From assembly GCA_000002435.2 (NCBI GenBank), contig CM018792.1: a stretch of DNA of 64,000 nucleotides; one strand, 5' to 3'. The position numbers and the translations under genes are program-made. Of this stretch, positions 18,654 to 26,657 are shown piece after piece (position 1 is the first letter of the stretch; every line of letters begins with the position of its first letter). Origin of the DNA: Giardia intestinalis. Lineage: Eukaryota. The notes beneath the pieces are model-generated. The model was not told the DNA's origin. It ran no database searches and worked only from the letters and a program-made list of their open reading frames with translations.

Positions 18654-19793
18654 ATGGACTGCATCGGCCGCGGCGTCCTCCTCCCCCCGGGCGGGGCGTG
18701 CTCGTGCGGGGCGCTTCTGGCGGAGCTGCAGCGGGTCTGCCCCCTCCTCGCCGCCTCCCCGGGGGTCTGCGCCGCGCCCCGGGCCCTTGCGTGCTGCCAC
18801 CAGCCCCCGTGCCTCGAGATCGCGCCGGCGCCGGCCACCCCGCGCAGCGCCGTCCGGGTCCCTGGGTCCGCGTGCACGGCTCCACCGCCCGCCGCAGGGC
18901 CCCCGGAGGCCGCCCCGGCCGAGAGCGTCCAGGTGACCCTCAGCGCCCAGCGCGAGTCGTTCGTGATGCAGACGATGCGGCAGGCGCACTACGGCGGCGG
19001 AGAGGCCCCCGCGAGGGCGGAGAGCGCCCGCCTGCCCGCCCCGCAGGCCTCGGACCCGAGGGAGGCCCGGCGGAGCCACGCGTCCCGCCCGCGGACGGCC
19101 GGCCCCCGCCTCCCCGCCTGCCCCGAGGAGCCCCCCGGCAGGGTCCAGTTCCGGGGCGCCCCCGAGGCCCCGCCCCTGCGCTGCGAGCCGGCCCCGCCCT
19201 CCGAGTTCAGCGACTTCGGGTGCGAGCTGCTCGCGGCGGGCCAGCCCGAGGACCGGCGGGTCTGCGGCGCCCCGTGGGTGGACGCGCAGGACCTGCTGAG
19301 CGACGGCTCCGAGCACAGCGAGTTCTACCGCCTCGTCGAGAGGGAGCTCGCGCGGCTTCCGGAGCCCGCGGCCCCGGCCCTCCCGGAGAGCGAGCCCTCG
19401 CTGGACGCGCTGCCCGTGCACGCCTCGCCCCGGGGCCCGCAGATCATCGAGCCCACGCCGGCCGCCCTGCAGGAGCCAGAGGAGCCCGCGCCCCCGCAGC
19501 CCCCCACGCCGGGCCGCTCCGACAGCGTCTCGGCAGACATCACGGAGTCGCTCCTCGTGGAGGGCCGGCCCCTGCCCGACCGCCCCCCGGGCCCGGAGCC
19601 GTCCGAGGGCAGCGCCGGGTACAGCGGAGAGGCCTTCGACAGCTCCGGCTCGCCCCGGGGCCTGACCGACGAGGCCGCGGGGTCTGCGGGCCTGGACGAG
19701 GAGGACCTGCTGGGGTCCGTCGGCGGGGACCTGCGGGCGCTGCTCATGGACAGCGGGTCCGGGTCGCTGTCTGCGGGGGCCTGGCCGGAGTGA
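18654..19793 (+). CDS. cassette gene B: acidic, Pro/Ala-rich, probably disordered protein (379 aa)
   Basis: ATG preceded by 'ccaaaaattcactcg'. GC3 is near 100% in this frame. The TGA stop is embedded in AGTGAAC (19789-19795). The N-terminal ~100 codons are uncertain, because the substitution cluster there is mostly nonsynonymous. Confidence 0.55.
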   Translation: MDCIGRGVLLPPGGACSCGALLAELQRVCPLLAASPGVCAAPRALACCHQPPCLEIAPAPATPRSAVRVPGSACTAPPPAAGPPEAAPAESVQVTLSAQRESFVMQTMRQAHYGGGEAPARAESARLPAPQASDPREARRSHASRPRTAGPRLPACPEEPPGRVQFRGAPEAPPLRCEPAPPSEFSDFGCELLAAGQPEDRRVCGAPWVDAQDLLSDGSEHSEFYRLVERELARLPEPAAPALPESEPSLDALPVHASPRGPQIIEPTPAALQEPEEPAPPQPPTPGRSDSVSADITESLLVEGRPLPDRPPGPEPSEGSAGYSGEAFDSSGSPRGLTDEAAGSAGLDEEDLLGSVGGDLRALLMDSGSGSLSAGAWPE

Positions 19794-19795
19794 AC
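19789..19795 (+). terminator. AGTGAAC poly(A)-signal-like motif overlapping the gene B stop
   Basis: It matches the Giardia-type AGTRAAY consensus and is an isolated A/T-containing motif in GC-rich DNA. Confidence 0.5.
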
Positions 19796-19816
19796 TCGGG
19801 AGAGCCTTTTTATTGA

Positions 19817-22327
19817 ATGGATTCTGCGCCACTCGCCGTCGCGATCCGGGAGCACGTCCCGGGCCCGAGGCCCCCGCCGCGGCCGTCCGGGGGGCGGTCC
19901 CTCTTCGCGCAGGCCGTGGCCGCCGGGGCCGGACAGACCGGGAGGCCCTTCGCCCTCGGGCAGCCCCCGCCGCGCGCCCCGGCCCCAGCGCCGCCCCGGG
20001 GCCCCCCACCGCCCCCCGCCGCAGAGGACCCGGGCGGGCCCCTCCTCGGGTACGGGGGCGCCGCAGACCCGGAGGCCGTCCCGTTCTGCAGCGCGGCGGA
20101 CATCGGGCTCCTCTGCCGGTCGACGAACCCCGCCCAGCGCGAGTACGGGCTCCGGATGCTCGCGAACGCCGTCGCGCTCCGGCGCGTCCGGGACGGCGGC
20201 GCCCCCGACCCCGTCCTCGAGGCCCTGCTCTGCCTCCCCGCCGACCCGCACGCGTGCCCCTCGTCTGCCGGCCACCTCCTCCTCCTGGGCCTGCGGGACG
20301 CCCTGGAGTCCGGGAGCCCCGGCCTCCTCGACGCCGCCCTCTCCGGCCTCGCCACGGTCTTCGTCGCCGACGAGGGCTTCCTCAGCGAGACCGTCCACGT
20401 CGGGGCCGCGCTGCTCGGGCTGACGTCCAGCTCGGTCGCCTTCCCCCTCGGCTCCCTGCTGCGGCGGCTCGTCGAGCACGGGCTCCCGGGGCTCCTGGGC
20501 CAGGCCCTCGACGCCGCCGCGCGCGCAGACGAGCGGCGCCGGGAGCGGCTCGCCCACAGCGCGTACCTGCTGGCCGAGCGCGTGCTCATCGGCTGCTGCC
20601 CCGCAGACGAGCCCCCGGAGACCGCCGCCGGCCTGCGGGCCCTCGCGGAGCGGCTCCTCGCGGCGCTCCTGGGCGAGCTCGCCGGGCTGGCGGAGACGGG
20701 GGCCTTCCTGACGACCGCCTCCCGCGTCGCCCTCCGGACGCTCTGCTACGACCACGTCCTCGACGGCCACGCGCTCGGCCGGGACGCCGTCGCCCTCCTC
20801 GTCGAGTCCCTCGAGGCGTTCGTCGGGGCGCTCCCCGGCCAGGACGAGGCGGTCCGCACAGAGCTCCTCTCGGCCGCCACGCTCCACTACCTCCTCGTCG
20901 CCCGGGTCCTGCGGGGGAGCCCCGAGCTCTGCGCCCTGCACGCGGCCGTCTCTGCGACGTGCGCCGCCGCCCTGGAGCGCCACGCCCCGGCCGCCCCCGC
21001 GGAGCTCAGCGCGCTCCTCGTCCTGCTCCGGATCCTCCGGGCCCGGGCCGCCGTCCCCCGCGCGCGCCTGGGGCTCTCGGAGGCATGCTTCCGGCGGCTG
21101 GTCGACTGGCGGGCCCCGCCCGAGGCCGGGGGCTTCGCGCTGCCCCAGGGGCCCTCCGCGGCGTTCGCCCCGTTCTACGCCCTCGCGGCCGTCCAGTGGC
21201 GCGGCCCGGGCGAGTGGGGCGCGGCGGAGGCCTGGGTCGGCTGCGTGATGGACGTCCTCGCCAGCGGGCCCCCGGTCGCGCGCTGGGCGCCCCCGGCCGT
21301 CGACGCCCACCGGCGGGCAGGCGTGCTCCCGTGCGCGGTGACCGACGCAGGGGTCGCCCTCGCGCTCCTCGTCGCGGCCCTGGCGGCCGTCTGGGGCCCC
21401 GGGCTCCCGTTTGCCGCCGGCCTCGCCGAGCGGGTCGGGGAGCGCCTGGCAGGGCTCCCGGCCGAGTTCCGGTTCGTCGTCGCGTTCCCGCTCGCCCGGC
21501 TCCTCCCCCCGCTGCCCGCTATCGAGTGCGGGCTCTACCCGAACGCGGCGCTCCTCGGGGCGCTCCGGGCCGTCACGGGCCACCCGGGCTACGACCCCGC
21601 GGCAGAGGCGCTTGCGCACGTCGACGCCCGCTGCCCGTGCCCCGCGCTCGCGGCCCTCCACGCGGCGTGCGTGCTCGCCTCGGACGGGATGCGGCGCGAC
21701 GGGGCGTGGCGGCTCGCGGTCCTCCGGCTCGCGCTGCAGCGCCTGGCCGGGCTGGAGACCGCAGGGGCCGCCCGGGGCCGCGTCCTCGCGTACGGGCTCC
21801 TCTGCGTCCTCGACACGCTGACGGGCGTCTGTCGCCTCCCCCCGGACGCCGCGGCCCTCCTCGCGGAGACGCTCGCCGGGGTCCTCCGCCTCGCCCGCGC
21901 AGGCCCCGCCCCCGCCGCCGAGCTCCTCTACGCAGCGCCCGCCGGGGGGCTCCGGACGCTCGACGCCGCCGCCGGCGCGTTTGTCGAGGGCCTCCACGGG
22001 GGCGCGGCGGTGCTCCCCGAGGCCCCGCTCGTCTACCTCGCGCTCCTCCACCCGCAGCTCGTCCCGGACCCCCGCCGCCGGGCAGAGCTCTGGTCCGGGC
22101 TCGCGCTCCTGCGGCTCGACTTCGCGGCGCTCGACGGGGGCCTCCTCGCGGGGCTCTGCGAAGACGACCCCGCGCCCGTCCTCGCGTGCCTCGCGTGCTA
22201 CGAGCGCCGCGCAGAGACCGCCCTGTCGCGCCGCGTCCTCGCCCGGTACGCAGAGGCCCACCGGGGGCAGAGGCCCGACCGGGTCGTCGTCGCGGCCGTC
22301 GAGGAGGCCCTCCGACCAGCGGGCTAG
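19817..22327 (+). CDS. cassette gene C: 836-aa Ala/Leu-rich alpha-helical-repeat (ARM/HEAT-like) protein
   Basis: ATG preceded by 'cctttttattga'. GC3 is near 100%. Six of the 7 between-copy substitutions are third-position synonymous changes in this frame. The overlapping 925-aa (+) and 978-aa (-) ORFs are Arg/Pro/Gly low-complexity artefacts. Confidence 0.8.
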   Translation: MDSAPLAVAIREHVPGPRPPPRPSGGRSLFAQAVAAGAGQTGRPFALGQPPPRAPAPAPPRGPPPPPAAEDPGGPLLGYGGAADPEAVPFCSAADIGLLCRSTNPAQREYGLRMLANAVALRRVRDGGAPDPVLEALLCLPADPHACPSSAGHLLLLGLRDALESGSPGLLDAALSGLATVFVADEGFLSETVHVGAALLGLTSSSVAFPLGSLLRRLVEHGLPGLLGQALDAAARADERRRERLAHSAYLLAERVLIGCCPADEPPETAAGLRALAERLLAALLGELAGLAETGAFLTTASRVALRTLCYDHVLDGHALGRDAVALLVESLEAFVGALPGQDEAVRTELLSAATLHYLLVARVLRGSPELCALHAAVSATCAAALERHAPAAPAELSALLVLLRILRARAAVPRARLGLSEACFRRLVDWRAPPEAGGFALPQGPSAAFAPFYALAAVQWRGPGEWGAAEAWVGCVMDVLASGPPVARWAPPAVDAHRRAGVLPCAVTDAGVALALLVAALAAVWGPGLPFAAGLAERVGERLAGLPAEFRFVVAFPLARLLPPLPAIECGLYPNAALLGALRAVTGHPGYDPAAEALAHVDARCPCPALAALHAACVLASDGMRRDGAWRLAVLRLALQRLAGLETAGAARGRVLAYGLLCVLDTLTGVCRLPPDAAALLAETLAGVLRLARAGPAPAAELLYAAPAGGLRTLDAAAGAFVEGLHGGAAVLPEAPLVYLALLHPQLVPDPRRRAELWSGLALLRLDFAALDGGLLAGLCEDDPAPVLACLACYERRAETALSRRVLARYAEAHRGQRPDRVVVAAVEEALRPAG

Positions 22328-22328
22328 C

Positions 22329-22335
22329 GTTCACT
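22329..22335 (-). terminator. AGTGAAC poly(A)-signal-like motif overlapping the kinase stop
   Basis: The minus strand reads TGAGTGAAC. Only 7 bp separate the convergent stops of C and D. Confidence 0.5.
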
Positions 22336-23264
22336 CAATCAGGGGCACCTGACCCCAGGGCGGCCCGCAGGCCCGCGACCTCCCCCCGGAGCCGGGCGAC
22401 CTCGTCCTCCAGGGCCTTGAAGCGCAGGGCCGTCGCGACCGCAGGCGCCCCGCCCTCTGCGTCGAGGAGCTCCACGAGGGCCGCGGCGGTGAGGCGGCGC
22501 TCCGGCTCCAGGACGAGGAGGTGGGCGAGGACGCCCCGGACGACGGGGTCCCCGACCGCGCCCAGGTCCGGCCGCCAGCCCGCGACGTAGACCTCCGCGG
22601 GGGCCCGCCCGGAGAGGAACGGGGGCCTGCCGCCCGCCGCGAGCTCGTAGGCGACCATCCCGAGGCTCCACATGTCCGCGGCCGGCGTGTGGCTCCCGCC
22701 CCGCAGGACCTCCGGCGCGGCGTAGACGGGGACGGCCATGGAGGCGAGCCCCCCGGGGCCCTCCCTGCAGAGCCCGAAGTCGGAGATGGCGAACTCCGCC
22801 CCGGCCTCGTCGAGGAGGACGTTCGCGGGCCGCAGGTCGCAGTGCGTGAGGGCGGGGAGCGGGGCGCCCGCGGCGTCGGTCTTCCCGGGCCGGTGGAGGT
22901 AGGCGAGCCCCGCGCCCACCTGGCGGAGGACGGCGACGACCATCTCGCGCGGGGCGAGCTGCCTTCTGCGGCGGAGGCTCCGGATGGCCCCGTCGAGGGA
23001 GCCTGCGTAGCGCCGCATCTCGACGTAGATGTAGCCCTCGTGCCGGACGACGCGCCCGTACTCGACGACGTTCGGGTGGCGGAGGCGCGGGAGGGTCCGG
23101 AGCTCGAGCTCGAGCGAGGCCTGCGCGTCGGGGGGCAGCCCGTCGGTCGGGATCTCCTTGACCGCCCTGTCGGGGGCGCTCTTCAGGCCGTAGACGGTCC
23201 CGTGGGCCCCGCTCCCGAGCTCTGCGCCCAGGTCTTCGAGGAGGGCGTCGATGGCCTCGGACAT
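22335..23264 (-). CDS. cassette gene D: NEK-like Ser/Thr protein kinase with short coiled-coil tail (309 aa)
   Basis: ATG preceded by 'attaaaaag'. Motifs are LGSGAHGTVY, AVKEI, HPNVVEY, HCDLRPANVLL, SDFGL, AAPEV and DMWSLG. The TGA stop overlaps AGTGAAC. Confidence 0.9.
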   Translation of the reverse strand: MSEAIDALLEDLGAELGSGAHGTVYGLKSAPDRAVKEIPTDGLPPDAQASLELELRTLPRLRHPNVVEYGRVVRHEGYIYVEMRRYAGSLDGAIRSLRRRRQLAPREMVVAVLRQVGAGLAYLHRPGKTDAAGAPLPALTHCDLRPANVLLDEAGAEFAISDFGLCREGPGGLASMAVPVYAAPEVLRGGSHTPAADMWSLGMVAYELAAGGRPPFLSGRAPAEVYVAGWRPDLGAVGDPVVRGVLAHLLVLEPERRLTAAALVELLDAEGGAPAVATALRFKALEDEVARLRGEVAGLRAALGSGAPD

Positions 23265-23268
23265 CTTT

Positions 23269-23595
23269 TTAATCCGCGACTGGGCGATTGGGTGGGCTCA
23301 ATCGCTTGGGCTCAGATCGGGGCCTGTATAGATTCACCGAACAGATATGACAATTAGCGCACTTACTACCTAAGTTACGTCTTCCTGCAGCAGAAAAATC
23401 CAATGAGACCACCGCGCTCTTAGTAATATTAGAATTTGCGCATTTTGTCTTATCGTTATTAGAGTCAAAGATTTTTATCCTGGCACAATTATTGGATCTG
23501 TCCTTGTAGTTAGTAGTGGAAAATCCCACTCCACATGATGTTTGTGCCCATATAAACTGGATAATTAAGGCAACAAACACAAATCTGCCAAGCAT
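23269..23595 (-). CDS. small ORF with signal-peptide-like N-terminus, reading into the right end of copy 1 (doubtful)
   Basis: ATG at 23595 and a hydrophobic N-terminus, MLGRFVFVALIIQFIWA. The first 93 codons are host-composition DNA, and the last 15 codons plus the stop lie inside the repeat. Confidence 0.25.
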   Translation of the reverse strand: MLGRFVFVALIIQFIWAQTSCGVGFSTTNYKDRSNNCARIKIFDSNNDKTKCANSNITKSAVVSLDFSAAGRRNLGSKCANCHICSVNLYRPRSEPKRLSPPNRPVAD

Positions 23596-24034
23596 TAAGG
23601 GATAAGCTGCTGCACAAAGGCCTTAGCTTAAAAGGAATGAAGTTGCTCTCCGTAAATCTCTGACTGAGAGTCTCTCTACCGCGGTCGATCATATCGCTCA
23701 TTTTCGAAGGTCTGCTTTCCCTATAAATATGTTAATGATACCGTGAAAATTTAGTTTGTTGCAAAATTTGCTTTGAGAGATATGCTGGTCAGGTTCCTTA
23801 TTCCTTAATTAATCTGTAGCTCAATATCGTATGAATTGCGGGTTAGTAATAAAGCTGATCAAGTGGTAAAATGCATGCATAATCAAGGGAAGCTGTTACG
23901 ATAGAATCCTGAAAAAAGTGTTATTACACCGTAAGCACCCGATGAAACCAACCAAAGTAGAGAACAACTTGGCTATTTGCTAAATAAAATAGAGGGAGTT
24001 CTAAATACATTTAGGTCAGTAACGGATGGAGCTG

Positions 24035-24508
24035 CTACTCAGAAAAGGGTAGTGATCCCGGGCGCAAAGCTGACAACATAGCTAAAAGTAAAAACGAGGG
24101 AAACGTTATTGAAACTGTCGCCGCATACGTTATGATAATGAAGACGCCACCCCCACGTATCATGGCCATGTACTCCAGTCCGGCTATGTCGACCATGAAA
24201 ATCAAGCTTCCTGTGGAGACAACGCAAAAGGTGCTTCCATTATAAAGGTAGAACCTTTTCTGTGCTTCAGGACCCTGTTGAAAACATCGAAGCAGAGCAA
24301 GGATAGATTCTTCAGAGGTCTCCCTTGGTGGCTTGATGACTGATATTCTCACATTTGTTGCGTGGTCTGCATCTGGACCTTCACTCTTTACAAGCTGCTT
24401 AGAGGTGTAAACTGGAACCTCCGTCACTATACAGAGCGATGTGAGGAATATACAATGATCCAGAAAGCTCTGGACAAACTTATTATAAACATGACTGACA
24501 GATGCCAT
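24035..24508 (-). CDS. hypothetical protein (157 aa)
   Basis: ATG preceded by 'taatgaaaa'. The C-terminus is hydrophobic. No family recognised. Confidence 0.45.
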   Translation of the reverse strand: MASVSHVYNKFVQSFLDHCIFLTSLCIVTEVPVYTSKQLVKSEGPDADHATNVRISVIKPPRETSEESILALLRCFQQGPEAQKRFYLYNGSTFCVVSTGSLIFMVDIAGLEYMAMIRGGGVFIIITYAATVSITFPSFLLLAMLSALRPGSLPFSE

Positions 24509-24547
24509 TTTTCATTAGCCAAAAACAACAACTAATTCACAGAACCA

Positions 24548-26578
24548 TTAGCGTCTATCACGAGCCTGGCCGGAGATCTTACCAGAAAGGAGATGCTTCT
24601 GACGTGTTACGGCCGGTTTCTTATAGTCGAAGCGGCCCTTGCCCGTGTAGTGCCTATCCTGGTAGTCAATCTTCCGCATTTGTTCAACAGATACTCCGTC
24701 TCTACGTGCCTGCTCCTCCATGCGCTCTTGGAGAGTTCGCCATTTATCCTTCATCGGTCTGTTGGGGTTCGGGAATACAGTCCTTGCCACGCTACTATTG
24801 AACTTCTGACCAGTCTTTTTCATGACAAACCTATCCAGTTTTGCACCAGCTGCTGTTCCATGGATCTGAGCTAAGCGCGGCATGGAAGAGCCCAGAAGAT
24901 CCATTCCCTTGAGAGTTGCTTTTTTAATGCGGCGATTATCAGTCAGCTCGCGGTACAAAGCAAGCTTTTCGAATAACCCTTTGTCATCAAACGCGCTTTC
25001 TGCTGCGACCAGTCGCTCTTCTTCTTCCTCAAGTAGCCGGAGCTTTTCATCTATATCCTCGTCAACGGTGATAAAGTCCAGAATGTTTTTACCCTTGTAG
25101 AAATATGGAATAGCGTCATATTTCCAGTCGTCATTGCTGAGAAGCCAATTCTTTCGTTCATCAGGCTTGTAAACGCGTGCGCCTCCATTCTCCAATTCAA
25201 GAACGCGCTCGCTAATAAACCCATCTTCTATTGTGTGGGCCCGCACAGGCATATGGGCCTCTTGGAGAGCCTTAACTGATTCGGGAATATAAGTGCCTCT
25301 CTGCTTACTATCACGCTGGACGGGATTAGCAACGTACTGCCTATCAGCTAGCAGCTCCTGTTTCCTGGCTGTGAACAGCTGAGCTTCTCTAATCCGGAGA
25401 AGCTGCTCACACGCGATAGCCATGGCACGCTCAACGCCTTGCATGTTGACTGTGGAGGCTGGGATAAAGAGTGGATCACCTGATGCTGCTTGTGCAAGAA
25501 TCCTCTGACGCAACTCGTCTTCTTCCTTTACCCGACCCTGGATATTCAGTGAAAGCTCTCCACCACGTGCCAAACAGTCATCGATTTCTGCCTTACTGGG
25601 ATACAAGACGTCGTATAGCTTCAAAGCTTCTAGGAAGGAGACAGCGGGGGACATGGACTGGAGCAGTTGGATGTCGTCAGCAGAAAGCTGATCAGGTGTC
25701 CATGTATCTGCCTTTGAGAGCACAATTACTGTTGGCTTGTTTTGAAAGAAGAGCTTCATCGACTGAAACAGATGAACTTGTTTTTGCAGGTAGTCTCCTC
25801 CACAAGAGATATCGATAAGGAAGAGGATGGCAGCGTTTAGGTATGCCAATGCTGCGACAGCTTGGAGCTCTATGTTGTTACGCTCTTCCAGGGGGTGGTC
25901 CAGCAGACCTGGGGTATCGATTAGCTGATAGCTGAGCCCCTTATAGTCGGAGTGTCCAACAAAAAGGGACTGGGTCGTGAAATCCCAAGACTCCACCTCC
26001 ACATTGGCACGGGTTAAAGCATTGAGAAAGCTAGATTTTCCAACAGAAGGGTATCCCGTGAGAAGTAGAGTGCGTGTCGACGGATCGATGGACGGCAACC
26101 TACTCATGTGCTGGCGGACCTGTTCCAGATATGCGAGATACTCGTTCTGCTTCCTTAGAAGGGAGATCATTCTTCCAAGGGCTGCACGCTTCAGAGTCTT
26201 GCACTGAAAAAGTGAATCTGCGTGCTTAAGAAGCTTTACGTAGTGCTGCCCTACCTTGTCAGTGAGATTCTTACACTGGTGAAGCTGTCCAAGGGCAATC
26301 TTGAAATGGTCCTTATCATACATAATGTTGAACCAGTAACGGTAAAATGGGTGGATCTCATCTATCTTTGGAAACTCGTCTACGATAGCACTTATCTTTT
26401 GCCCAATAGTGTTCTGGGTAAACTTTACCTTGAGCATATAAAAGGCACGGATGCGGCATATCTTCATGGTTTTTCGAATGACAGTTGGAGTCTTCCTCTG
26501 CGTCTTTGAAAGGACAATGTCAACCAGGTCTTTGCCGCTGGGTATAGACCCGATGGTCCGAAAGTCATAGATGGGCAT
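24548..26578 (-). CDS. NOG1: nucleolar GTP-binding protein NOG1
   Basis: NOG1 N-terminal pattern (YDF..I..IP....L.D..LS.TQRKTPT), the G motifs GYPSVGKSSF and DTPGLLD, and the basic C-terminal NOGCT-like tail. Confidence 0.9.
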   Translation of the reverse strand: MPIYDFRTIGSIPSGKDLVDIVLSKTQRKTPTVIRKTMKICRIRAFYMLKVKFTQNTIGQKISAIVDEFPKIDEIHPFYRYWFNIMYDKDHFKIALGQLHQCKNLTDKVGQHYVKLLKHADSLFQCKTLKRAALGRMISLLRKQNEYLAYLEQVRQHMSRLPSIDPSTRTLLLTGYPSVGKSSFLNALTRANVEVESWDFTTQSLFVGHSDYKGLSYQLIDTPGLLDHPLEERNNIELQAVAALAYLNAAILFLIDISCGGDYLQKQVHLFQSMKLFFQNKPTVIVLSKADTWTPDQLSADDIQLLQSMSPAVSFLEALKLYDVLYPSKAEIDDCLARGGELSLNIQGRVKEEDELRQRILAQAASGDPLFIPASTVNMQGVERAMAIACEQLLRIREAQLFTARKQELLADRQYVANPVQRDSKQRGTYIPESVKALQEAHMPVRAHTIEDGFISERVLELENGGARVYKPDERKNWLLSNDDWKYDAIPYFYKGKNILDFITVDEDIDEKLRLLEEEEERLVAAESAFDDKGLFEKLALYRELTDNRRIKKATLKGMDLLGSSMPRLAQIHGTAAGAKLDRFVMKKTGQKFNSSVARTVFPNPNRPMKDKWRTLQERMEEQARRDGVSVEQMRKIDYQDRHYTGKGRFDYKKPAVTRQKHLLSGKISGQARDRR

Positions 26579-26657
26579 TTGAATTATTTCTCTGGTTTGT
26601 TAAGCATTTTTTATCAAAACATTGAAAGTATCGGTTGAAAAACACTTTGCGATTCAT

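Larger units (their letters stand above)
18004..23316. repeat. GC-rich four-gene block, copy 1 (5313 bp)
   Basis: It aligns base for base with 56304-61624 at an offset of 38300. Composition switches abruptly at both edges. Confidence 0.95.

Noticed and set aside
19325-22590. Very long overlapping ORFs inside the GC-rich blocks. Examples are the 978-aa minus ORF at 19325-22261, the 925-aa plus ORF at 19813-22590, the N-terminal 465 aa of the 780-aa minus ORF, and their copy-2 equivalents.
   Set aside because: All six frames are open because stop codons are A/T-rich. These translations are Arg/Pro/Gly low-complexity strings with no A/T-rich initiator at their starts. The between-copy substitutions fall on third positions of the 19817-22327 frame, not of these frames.
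18004-23316. The GC-rich block as bacterial (actinobacterial-like) contamination or an assembly chimera.
   Set aside because: It occurs twice with different flanks and 15 diagnostic differences. An ORF crosses the left junction in frame. The kinase is eukaryotic and NEK-like. The start and poly(A) signals are of the host type. Long-read confirmation is still the decisive test.
18004-23316. A canonical transposon, retrotransposon or integrated virus.
   Set aside because: I found no terminal inverted repeats (the left end does not match the reverse complement of the right end) and no LTRs. There are no transposase, RT, integrase, polymerase or capsid-like ORFs and no poly(A) tail. Only an 11-bp direct repeat is present at copy 1.
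17667-23595. A single host gene split by the insertion, with the 93-codon signal-peptide head at 23595-23317 joined to the 111-codon tail at 18003-17667.
   Set aside because: The two parts are out of frame by one nucleotide. This holds both for a simple excision (23317 joined to 18003) and for a model keeping one copy of the 11-bp repeat. It cannot be fully excluded if an indel has occurred, but the sequence as given does not support it.
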